From an uncultured Saprospiraceae bacterium (GTDB lineage Bacteria; Bacteroidota; Bacteroidia; Chitinophagales; Saprospiraceae), in assembly GCA_964564545.1 (NCBI GenBank), contig CAZMBP010000028.1, positions 62,046-126,045 of the forward strand: a stretch of DNA of 64,000 bases, written 5' to 3'. Made by a program: the position numbers and the translations under genes. A model generated the notes under the pieces. It ran no database searches and was not told the DNA's origin. It was given only the letters and a program-made list of their open reading frames with translations. This document shows, piece after piece, positions 17,779 to 26,216 of the stretch. Each line of letters opens with the position of its first letter. The stretch's first letter is position 1.

Positions 17779-20700
17779 CTACTTTTCTTTCGGTTTTAAC
17801 GTAACTGCTTTTCCATTCGATTTTGCTTTAGGCAATTTCTTTTTCGGAATTTCTTGTCCCAATTCTATTAAGAATTCATTTCTTATTTTTTCAATATTTC
17901 TATCCATATTCCTTTTAGTCCATCGCTTTGTCGAAACTGGCGGAAGTACTTTTATCTCAATAGCTGCTGCGCGGAAAAGTGCTCCACCTTTTGGCATGGC
18001 ATCAGCTGCGTTTCTCAAAATAATTGGAATAATCGGAACTCCTGCTTGCATCGCTAAATGGAAAGCACCTTTTTTAAATGAGCCTAAAGTTTTGTCTTTA
18101 CTTCGGGTTCCTTCTGGGAAAATGATAATAGAGGTTCCACTTTGCAATGCATCCACCGCTGGCTTCATTGCTTCAATTGCTTTTTCTTTATCTTTTCGGT
18201 CTATAAAAATCACTCCTGATGCTGCCATTAATTGGCCAATGATTGGCATGGATTTCAATTCCTTTTTAGCAATTCCAACCGCATTTTTTCGAATCAATTT
18301 TGCAGCGACAAACATATCCACACTACTTTGGTGATTGAAAATAAAAACTGCTGGTCGTTGTTCCCAAAGATACTCTTGACCTTTGACTGCCAATTCTAAT
18401 CCTGCCATTCGAACTACCAAGTCACCCACCGTAGCCATCATTGAGTTGACTCCATCTGTCCAAGACATATGCATGGCACCTGAAGCAACTCCATTAATTA
18501 CTGCTGGAACTAAACTTCCCAAAGCCAAACCTGTCCGAACAAAATTTGAAAGTCCCGGACGTTTCTCATTATTGAGTCGATAAACGATCCAATCATTTTG
18601 GTAAGCCAAAGCAGAAAGCTTTGTGTCAGGATTCATTGGTCGTGGATTCCCAACTATTTCAAGTAATGGTAAATCCTCTGCACTATCTGTATAGAAAAAA
18701 CTTTTCTTCAAATCAAGATTATATTCTTTAGCTAACTCCTTAGCCGCATGTGCTTTTCCTTCTCCCCAACAAGCTGGCTCAATAATATTACCCGTAAATA
18801 CTCCATCTTTCACTTCCATGAAAGTACACATCACATGCTCAATATTTAAGTCGCGTGCAATTGGATTAACTTGATATGGAGTAGCAGCTGAGATTATTGC
18901 AACTGTATGTCCTTTAGCTAAATGAGCCGCAACCAATGCCCTTGCTTCTGGATAAATTTCATGAGCTAAATGTTCATGATAAACATCCTCTCCTACTTCG
19001 ATAAAAGTTTTTTCCTCCACGCCTTTTACACCTTGTGCTCCCATTGCAGCAAGTCCTGCAAAGTTTCCATTCCCCATCGCATAAACCATCACTCCTGCAA
19101 ATTGAGCAACTACTTCACGAGTAGTAATTCGTCCACTAAGCACTTTGGTTTGGAAAAATTCTTTGGCAGAAAAACCTTTAATTAAAGTTCTATCCAAATC
19201 GAAAAATGCTCCAATGTGAGAACCACCTTCTCCTTCCATAACTGGACGAGTAAATGCTTCTGTCTTCGAACCTGGAACAATGTCTCGCTCAATCGGAACT
19301 ATTTCATGAGGATCATTATGATGAGTTAAAGTAAACCCTTGTAAAGTTTTAATTCGATCTGCAACATCGTTGAGTTGATCTAAGAATTTTTTAAGTGCTT
19401 CTTTTTTATCATTGTCAGGTGTAGGTATTAATCCTAAATTTTTCACCAAACGGATACCATTGATTAAGAATGGTTTTGAAACAGATTCCACTCGTTGAAT
19501 CCGCCCTTGCCAATGCATCTCTTCACTAACAAACAAACAATCATTGATAAATTTTTCCTCATCAAAAACTCGTCGTGGTCGGGTACTTTGCAATGCATAA
19601 ACTACAACTCGATATGCTTCCACATAACTATGTAAAACTACTGGCGCAACAATCACTTTCTCTTTTTCCAAAAACGAAATAGCTCCAGATTTAGTTTGCC
19701 GGATTAATTTTTCCCATTTTGGATCTAACACTTCGAGGTTCAATTCTATTTCATCAGAGAATTGAGATTTTTTAGAATAGAAAAATTCGAATTTAAATAA
19801 CTGTCGCAATTCCATGATTTCTTTCCAAAAAGTTTCCTCTCTATCTGCAGGTTTCGCTTCTGATGATTCTAAAAGTGCCAACTCAATAAATGCCCGTTGG
19901 TACAAATGATGCACCGACATATTTGCATAGTAAGTTGCTTCCAAGTAATTTTCAGAAACGATGACATATTTAGCATGAAGCGCATCACCATGTTGCAAGA
20001 CGAGTTTCGAACGAATCAATAAATTTAAAGCAGTCTGTACACTTTCTCCAATTGGTATCCCTCTATCAACTAAAGCATCTGGGTTTCGTTTTTCGATTAA
20101 TTCCATCAATCGAATTACATCATTTTCGATAGCAATTTTAGTCAACGAAAATCTACTTAACAGCGCAATGCAAATCAAAGAAGAAGTCGTTACAGGAGTG
20201 ATCTGATTAATCTTATGAACAAGTTCTAAAGCAAATCTTGGCAACTCTCCAGAGTATCCTTCCACGCCGTTTCCTTCTGTAATAATTGCTACAGAATTAT
20301 CTTTTTGCACATCAACAGGTTCCCCAAAACGCAAAGAAATTTTTCCAAAGTTATTTCCCATCTTCTTGATGTAGTTCATAAACCACATCAAACTTTCAGG
20401 AGCTTTTTTACTTCGTCTCCATTGCATCGTCATGTCCTTTACATCTGGAATCAAATCGTAGACAATCGAAACTGGAATATATTTTACTTCTTTCGTTGAT
20501 TGCTCTTCCGCTTCTTTGATATATTTTAAAATCCCCACTTTTGGCCAAACTAACTTCCCCGTTCTCGATCGAGTTCCTTCGATTGCCCACATGAAATGAG
20601 CATTATCATTAACCAATGAAGCGATAAAATGTCGCAAAGTTGCCTTGTAAATTTCATTGTCTTTAAATGATCTTCGAATAAAGATCACTCCATTTTGTCT

Positions 20701-20985
20701 GCCCAATTGATTGAGCCCCATAAATGCCATATTGATTCCTGCAAAAGTGAACGGCAATGGAATACCATGCCGAGTAAGCACTACTGCCAGCACCATCATA
20801 TCAATGTAAGTCTTATGAGTCATCACGAAGGCAATCGGATGCTTACGAGCAATTTTGCTCAACTTTTTTATTTCGGTAGGATGTACATCAATTGATTTTT
20901 TGTAACCACGGGAAAGAATGTATTGCGAAAATTCCATTCCCATCACATTTGCAACAGGACTATGTTGCGTATACAACTCCTTCAT
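17779..20985 (-). CDS. Tri-domain fusion: PlsB-like glycerol-3-phosphate acyltransferase + HAD-IB (SerB-like) phosphatase domain + PlsC-like 1-acyl-G3P acyltransferase
   Basis: The N-terminal domain has H57KTYID62 (HX4D) and AIEGTRSRTG. The middle domain has FFDLDRTL (aa 594-601), IISAATP and FYTDSAEDLPLL. The C-terminal domain has NHQSSVD (aa 884-890) and FPEGTRS (aa 956-962). The gene ends 31 nt upstream of gpsA on the same strand. Confidence 0.8.
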   Translation of the reverse strand: MKELYTQHSPVANVMGMEFSQYILSRGYKKSIDVHPTEIKKLSKIARKHPIAFVMTHKTYIDMMVLAVVLTRHGIPLPFTFAGINMAFMGLNQLGRQNGVIFIRRSFKDNEIYKATLRHFIASLVNDNAHFMWAIEGTRSRTGKLVWPKVGILKYIKEAEEQSTKEVKYIPVSIVYDLIPDVKDMTMQWRRSKKAPESLMWFMNYIKKMGNNFGKISLRFGEPVDVQKDNSVAIITEGNGVEGYSGELPRFALELVHKINQITPVTTSSLICIALLSRFSLTKIAIENDVIRLMELIEKRNPDALVDRGIPIGESVQTALNLLIRSKLVLQHGDALHAKYVIVSENYLEATYYANMSVHHLYQRAFIELALLESSEAKPADREETFWKEIMELRQLFKFEFFYSKKSQFSDEIELNLEVLDPKWEKLIRQTKSGAISFLEKEKVIVAPVVLHSYVEAYRVVVYALQSTRPRRVFDEEKFINDCLFVSEEMHWQGRIQRVESVSKPFLINGIRLVKNLGLIPTPDNDKKEALKKFLDQLNDVADRIKTLQGFTLTHHNDPHEIVPIERDIVPGSKTEAFTRPVMEGEGGSHIGAFFDLDRTLIKGFSAKEFFQTKVLSGRITTREVVAQFAGVMVYAMGNGNFAGLAAMGAQGVKGVEEKTFIEVGEDVYHEHLAHEIYPEARALVAAHLAKGHTVAIISAATPYQVNPIARDLNIEHVMCTFMEVKDGVFTGNIIEPACWGEGKAHAAKELAKEYNLDLKKSFFYTDSAEDLPLLEIVGNPRPMNPDTKLSALAYQNDWIVYRLNNEKRPGLSNFVRTGLALGSLVPAVINGVASGAMHMSWTDGVNSMMATVGDLVVRMAGLELAVKGQEYLWEQRPAVFIFNHQSSVDMFVAAKLIRKNAVGIAKKELKSMPIIGQLMAASGVIFIDRKDKEKAIEAMKPAVDALQSGTSIIIFPEGTRSKDKTLGSFKKGAFHLAMQAGVPIIPIILRNAADAMPKGGALFRAAAIEIKVLPPVSTKRWTKRNMDRNIEKIRNEFLIELGQEIPKKKLPKAKSNGKAVTLKPKEK

Positions 20986-21374
20986 GTACTCAGTCGCTTT
21001 AGCATAAGCCTCCTCAAACGACTCGCCATTCCTCTCTGCGATTAGAACTAATTTTTTTTTGAAATTTTGAATCTCTTAGAATGTTTTCCATCAACATTAT
21101 GTGTAGGGTTTTATTTTTATATCGGTCTATTTTCTCACCAAAAATTTTAAGTTAAACAAGATAGTAAATCAAAATTACACCTCCATAAAATTCCGGTAAA
21201 CTTTGACTTTTAAACTAAAATCAACCTATGTTGTTACTTCAAATAGCGTTCTAAAGGCATTCTTAAAAACAATTATTGTTTTTTTATATCTGAAAAAAAA
21301 GTACCTTTAACACTCAAACTATATTCAAAAAATAAAATCAACTCGAAGTTTTTTTATCTAAAACGTCCATTTCA

Positions 21375-22196
21375 TTGGAGTATTGGGTAAAAAGTCTTCT
21401 TAATCTAGCTGTAATGCCAAATAATACTGAACTACGCAAAATAACGAAACCCTCGCTGTTTTGGCTGGCAACTGAGCCAGTACGTGCAGCATCCGAATTA
21501 GGGATTTCTCTACCTTATCGCAAGTTTTTTCATAAAAATTATAAAGGAGATGGTCATCCAGTACTCGTTTTGCCTGGTTTCATGGCAAGCGATACTTCCA
21601 CTAATCCACTTCGAAAATTTATCGAAAAACTAGGTTACAATGCCTACGCTTGGGAATTGGGTCGAAATACTGCAAAACTCGAAATGCTAGATGTTTTAAT
21701 GGATAAATTGGAAGATATTTATCATGAAACAGGGCAAGAAGTTACTATTATTGGATGGAGTTTAGGAGGAGTCTACGCTCGCCAAATGGCTAAGGAAAAA
21801 CCAGATATGGTTCGACAAGTCGTTACTTTGGGTTCTCCATTCGCAGGAATTACTGAACCCAATAATGCTACTTGGATGTACAACATTGTTTCCAATGGAA
21901 AACGTGTGGTTGATCTTGATCCTGAACTGTTAGCTGATTTACCAAAACCAGCACCAGTTCCAACTACTGCGATTTATACTAAAGAAGATGGAGTGGTCTC
22001 TTGGGAAGTTTGTATGGAATTAGAAGAAACTTCCATCCATCAAAATATTCAAGTATATGGAAGTCATTTAGGATTGGGAGTTAATGTTTCGGTTCTAAAT
22101 ATCATTGCAGATCGGTTGATGTATTATAAAGAAGAGTGGGTTCATTTTGAGCCGCAATCTGCTGCTAAAGATTTGATATTTTATCCTTCTATGTGA
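21375..22196 (+). CDS. Alpha/beta hydrolase (lipase/esterase-like)
   Basis: Nucleophile elbow GWSLGG and a preceding LPGFMASD segment. The start is TTG at 21375, with an alternative ATG at 21414. Confidence 0.65.
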   Translation: MEYWVKSLLNLAVMPNNTELRKITKPSLFWLATEPVRAASELGISLPYRKFFHKNYKGDGHPVLVLPGFMASDTSTNPLRKFIEKLGYNAYAWELGRNTAKLEMLDVLMDKLEDIYHETGQEVTIIGWSLGGVYARQMAKEKPDMVRQVVTLGSPFAGITEPNNATWMYNIVSNGKRVVDLDPELLADLPKPAPVPTTAIYTKEDGVVSWEVCMELEETSIHQNIQVYGSHLGLGVNVSVLNIIADRLMYYKEEWVHFEPQSAAKDLIFYPSM

Positions 22197-22221
22197 AGGA
22201 ATCAGAAAAATAAGAAATAGT

Positions 22222-22257
22222 AAAATCCCATCAACCTTTCGATTGATGGGATTTTTT
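22222..22257 (+). terminator. Rho-independent terminator
   Basis: aaaatcccatcaa / ttgatgggatttt (13 bp) followed by a T-run. Confidence 0.7.
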
Positions 22258-22314
22258 GTTTTGACGCAACCGTTAGGTATCGGGAGATCCGATAACTCTT
22301 TATAAAATTGAATT

Positions 22315-22986
22315 TTATTTTTCAAAAAACATCCGCTTCACCTGAAAGAAAGTTGTCAACAAAAACATCACTCCAATCACCAACAACATCTCCTGACTTT
22401 TTTCTTTTAAAAAATCAACCAACAACGTTCCTGCAAAAATATAAACTGAATGCATTATTACTGTCGCCAATCCAGTTCCAATTACAAATGCCCAAATTTT
22501 AAATTGAACTTTTCGAGTAACCAAAGCTGTATTCCATGCCAACCAAAACGGAATCATACTTGGATAAAAAAAACGAATTCCCATTCCTAAAATAAATGTA
22601 GGAACCATAATCGAGGGCATCGACAAAGTAGGCGTACTCGAATTGGAACTCATTGCTCCGTAAAAAACTGCTATCGTCAAAATTGAAAAAAGAATCAACA
22701 TCGTCCATTCTAAAATCAAATTACCATTTTTCCTTTTCGCTAACCAATGCGTGAATGCAACAATGTAACGAACAAAAATTGATTCGACTAAAGCACATCC
22801 ACATGAAAATAAAAGAGCTGATGGCCAACCTCTCTCTACACTAATTTGAATGGCAAATAAATGTAATGCTCCTATGACCATCGATCCTGATCCACTTATC
22901 ACAAAACCCAAAAAAAAGGATTTCCCTAAACCTAACTCAGTAGTTAAATTTTGATAAATCGAATCAAGAAAGGTTTTTTTAGCCAT
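22315..22986 (-). CDS. LysE/RhtB-like small-solute exporter family membrane protein (tentative)
   Basis: 223-aa protein with about 6 hydrophobic segments. The size and topology are typical of LysE-type translocators. I recognised no diagnostic motif. Confidence 0.4.
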   Translation of the reverse strand: MAKKTFLDSIYQNLTTELGLGKSFFLGFVISGSGSMVIGALHLFAIQISVERGWPSALLFSCGCALVESIFVRYIVAFTHWLAKRKNGNLILEWTMLILFSILTIAVFYGAMSSNSSTPTLSMPSIMVPTFILGMGIRFFYPSMIPFWLAWNTALVTRKVQFKIWAFVIGTGLATVIMHSVYIFAGTLLVDFLKEKSQEMLLVIGVMFLLTTFFQVKRMFFEK

Positions 22987-23350
22987 TTTTCTGTTTTAAA
23001 AACTATACTAGAGATGTGTACTAGCACACCTTTTCTCTGCATAAATCATGCAGTAATAGTACGAATATTCTAGCTTTTTTTGCTCTAATAATTCTTTGCT
23101 CGATCATCATTTTGGCTTATATCAGAATGGGAACTTCTGAGAGGAAGACACTTGAGCCAATTGGTTTTGAAACAACAAAAGGTTTTAACGTTCCATATTT
23201 AGATATCTTAGAAGTTTCAGTTGGGGATATTCAAGAAAAAATAAAGACTAGATTAAAAAAAGGTAAGTTTATATCCATAAAAGAGAAGGTTAAAGATAAA
23301 TTGATTCTTGATGTCAAAGTTTTTACCAATAAATTAGATAAAGCAAAATT

Positions 23351-23998
23351 TCAAATCGCTCCTGGACTATCAAAACTCTTCAGCGAAATATGCAGATGAT
23401 CTCCCGTTCCTCCATGCCGCAAAACATTAAATCCCATCAATTGAAAATAACTTTTCATTAAAAAATTACGCACTTCACTTCGTCCATTTGTTCGAATATC
23501 TAGCGCATGAACATAGCCATCACTTTGCTTATAATGTAACGATCTCCGTTTAGATTTCAATCCCATTTTTTTATAATCTTCTGGGATTCTGTTGGCATCA
23601 GTCATGATTAATTTTCCATCCAAAAATAAAATCGTACTTGTGCTTAATCTCAAAATTGGATGAAGACTAGTAAATTCTTTTTGTACATTTTTTGACTTAG
23701 CATTTGCATCTGAAAAATAAAATAATGCATGGGCACTATACCCTACAACTAAAAGCATGGCAAAAAACATTTTCCGCTTGGCAGAATCTAATGAACCTAA
23801 TTTGCCGGTCAAACTTCCTTGCAAAAAAAACATATAAATCATCAAAACTAAAGCGGTAACTCCTACTCCACCTAGCACGGCAAGCCAAGGCATCCATTCG
23901 TAATTGGAATGAAAAAATACAGAACCTCGAATCAATAAGATAAAGGGAAAGATCAAAAAAAAGACCAATCGGAGAATTGCGTAAAGAATTGAAGACAT
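23351..23998 (-). CDS. Membrane-anchored protein with possible LAS/M15-type zinc peptidase C-terminal domain
   Basis: There are three N-terminal TM segments. The C-terminal SLHYKQSDGYVHALDI ... GDHLHISL resembles the S.H...A.D / H.H metal ligands of LAS peptidases. Confidence 0.4.
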   Translation of the reverse strand: MSSILYAILRLVFFLIFPFILLIRGSVFFHSNYEWMPWLAVLGGVGVTALVLMIYMFFLQGSLTGKLGSLDSAKRKMFFAMLLVVGYSAHALFYFSDANAKSKNVQKEFTSLHPILRLSTSTILFLDGKLIMTDANRIPEDYKKMGLKSKRRSLHYKQSDGYVHALDIRTNGRSEVRNFLMKSYFQLMGFNVLRHGGTGDHLHISLKSFDSPGAI

Positions 23999-24151
23999 TT
24001 TGTTGTGTTTCTTTCTAAATTAAAAAAACGAATATTGGTCGTCCGTTTTTTTCTACTAAGATATTCTTTTGCTAGATAATTGTTAGTCGGTTTTATTTTA
24101 GACATGCTTTCTCAAAAAGTAAATCCATAAATAATTTGAAAGGAAAACCAT

Positions 24152-24249
24152 GAGAAATGGGGCGGGTAGGGCATGGCGAAAAAATAGCTAAGCGCAAGGC
24201 AAGCACCCGCACCCACATTTTTCGCCATGCCCTACCCGCCCCATTTCTC
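24152..24249. repeat. GC-rich perfect 32-bp inverted repeat (98-bp palindromic element)
   Basis: gagaaatggggcgggtagggcatggcgaaaaa (24152-24183) is the exact reverse complement of tttttcgccatgccctacccgccccatttctc (24218-24249). The loop is 34 nt. The element lies just 3' of the BtpA-like gene. Confidence 0.9.
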
Positions 24250-24288
24250 AAAGAACATTACTCATAGATCGTTTATCAGAGGATAAAA

Positions 24289-25092
24289 TTAATTCGAAAC
24301 TTTTTCCATCAATCTTGCCACTCTATCATACTCTACTTCTTTTTTCCAATCACCATCCATTTTAAAATACGATCCAATTATTAAGGCATCCGCTACTTTC
24401 AAATATTTTTTTACATTTTTCAAAGTAACTCCAGAACCAACCATAACCGGAATTTCGCAAGCCATTTTCACCGATTTAATTTCTTTCAAATCTGCAGCTA
24501 CTCCAGTAGAACTTCCCGTAATAATCAATCCATCACTTCGAAAGTATTCAGCAGCTTTTGCCGTCTCCACCAAATCAACATCAGCAGTCACCACATGCGA
24601 ACTATGCTTTTTTTTAATATCATTAAAAATTAAAACATCCTCCGCATCAATCATTTTGCGATAACGTAACAAAGTCCCTGCATCTGAATTCATCCAGCCT
24701 TCATCTGCTATATGTCCGAAAACAAATCCTTCCGCACGAACATAATCTAATCCAGCAGCCTTCGCCACCGCTAGAGCTGACTCATTTGCACCTGCCAAAA
24801 CTTGCACTCCACAAGGCAAAGGAATTTCTTTTTTAATTTCTTTGGCAATCACGCTCATCGCAGCAGTAATTTCAGGCCCAACTTCGCGATTAAGATATGG
24901 CACATCATGCATATTTTCAATCATCAAACCATCCACTCCTGCCAATTGATAAACCGCAGCATCTGTCAACGCCATTTCAATTATTTGATTCATTTCAAAT
25001 TTACTTGCAGGTGTTCCCGGCAATGCTTGCAAGTGAATCATTCCAATAATTGAGTGTTTTTTGGGAAAAATATCCTTAAACTGTCTTTTCAT
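24289..25092 (-). CDS. BtpA/SgcQ family TIM-barrel protein
   Basis: The N-terminal IIGMIHLQALPGTP signature and 267-aa length are typical of the BtpA family. Confidence 0.65.
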   Translation of the reverse strand: MKRQFKDIFPKKHSIIGMIHLQALPGTPASKFEMNQIIEMALTDAAVYQLAGVDGLMIENMHDVPYLNREVGPEITAAMSVIAKEIKKEIPLPCGVQVLAGANESALAVAKAAGLDYVRAEGFVFGHIADEGWMNSDAGTLLRYRKMIDAEDVLIFNDIKKKHSSHVVTADVDLVETAKAAEYFRSDGLIITGSSTGVAADLKEIKSVKMACEIPVMVGSGVTLKNVKKYLKVADALIIGSYFKMDGDWKKEVEYDRVARLMEKVSN

Positions 25093-25208
25093 TTTATAAC
25101 TTTACAAACCTCGTTCAGAAGTCATCTTGAACAAAGTGATTATTAAAACATAATTACAAAATTAAGAATATTCAACTAAATCAAATTTTCAAATATCCAA
25201 TCTCTCAA

Positions 25209-26144
25209 ATGCTTAACCATTACTTAAAAATATCTCCTGAAGTTAGCGAAGCTTTGGCTCAAGGAAAACCTATTGTTGCGTTAGAAAGTACCATCATCGC
25301 TCACGGAATGCCTTATCCTAAAAATGTGGAAACTGCGCTTGCCGTAGAAAATATAGTTAGAAAAAATGGAGCTACCCCTGCCACAATTGCCATCATCGAT
25401 GGAAAATTATGCGCAGGACTTTCTGAAAAAGAAATCCGCCATCTTGGAAAGTTAGGACAAAAAGTAGTGAAGGTGAGCCGTAGAGATATTCCATTTATTT
25501 TATCAAAAAAAATGACAGGAGCGACCACGGTTGCATCTACAATGATAATTGCTTCAATGGCCAAAATTCCAATTTTTGCGACAGGTGGAATTGGTGGAGT
25601 TCATCGAGGAGCAGAAAGTTCGATGGATGTTTCAGCCGATTTGCAAGAATTAGCCAATACAGATGTCGCAGTTGTGAGTGCTGGTGCAAAGGCTATTTTA
25701 GATTTAAAATTAACGTTGGAATATTTAGAAACATTTGGTGTTCCTGTGGTTGGATTTAAGACGGATGAGTTTCCTGCTTTCTATTCTCGTACAAGTGGAC
25801 TTGGAGTAGATTATCGAATTGATAAAGTTGAAGAATTAGCGCACACTCTTTTTACAAAATGGAACCTAGGAATGAAAGGTGGTATTTTGATTGCCAATCC
25901 AATCTTGAAAAAAGATCAGATGAAATTTGATTCAATCAATCAAGCCATTGAAGAAGCCATATCAATCGCAGAGAAAAAAGGAATTAAAGGAAAAAAGATT
26001 ACTCCATTTTTATTAGAAAAGATTGGTAAGTTAACCGAAGGAAAAAGCTTGGCAGCAAATATTCAATTAGTTTACAATAATGCAAAGTTAGCTGCAAAAC
26101 TAGCTGTTGCTTTTGCTAAAGAAAGAAAAAAATATAATTTTTGA
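25209..26144 (+). CDS. psuG: Pseudouridine-5'-phosphate glycosidase
   Basis: Motifs VALESTIIAHGMPYP, ATGGIGGVHRG and SADL.EL. The length is 311 aa (IndA-like family). Confidence 0.85.
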   Translation: MLNHYLKISPEVSEALAQGKPIVALESTIIAHGMPYPKNVETALAVENIVRKNGATPATIAIIDGKLCAGLSEKEIRHLGKLGQKVVKVSRRDIPFILSKKMTGATTVASTMIIASMAKIPIFATGGIGGVHRGAESSMDVSADLQELANTDVAVVSAGAKAILDLKLTLEYLETFGVPVVGFKTDEFPAFYSRTSGLGVDYRIDKVEELAHTLFTKWNLGMKGGILIANPILKKDQMKFDSINQAIEEAISIAEKKGIKGKKITPFLLEKIGKLTEGKSLAANIQLVYNNAKLAAKLAVAFAKERKKYNF

Positions 26145-26216
26145 TTTTGTCCTAACTAAGACTTTTCCCTTATCTCCTTAAATCTATCTAGAGAAAAGAT
26201 TGTTATTTTCTAGATC

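Noticed and set aside
17768-20895. Plus-strand ORFs (17768-18334, 18383-18583, 18970-19185, 20305-20499, 20695-20895) and the minus-strand ORF at 20408-20590 inside the GPAT-HAD-LPAAT gene.
   Set aside because: They are antisense or out of frame relative to a motif-rich 1068-aa CDS, and their sequences are not protein-like.
23112-23399. 95-aa plus-strand ORF with a non-ATG start.
   Set aside because: It overlaps the 3' end of the convergent 215-aa membrane protein gene by about 50 nt. It starts at TTG and has no recognisable features. I kept it out of the feature list as probably spurious, though the part at 23112-23350 is otherwise unoccupied.
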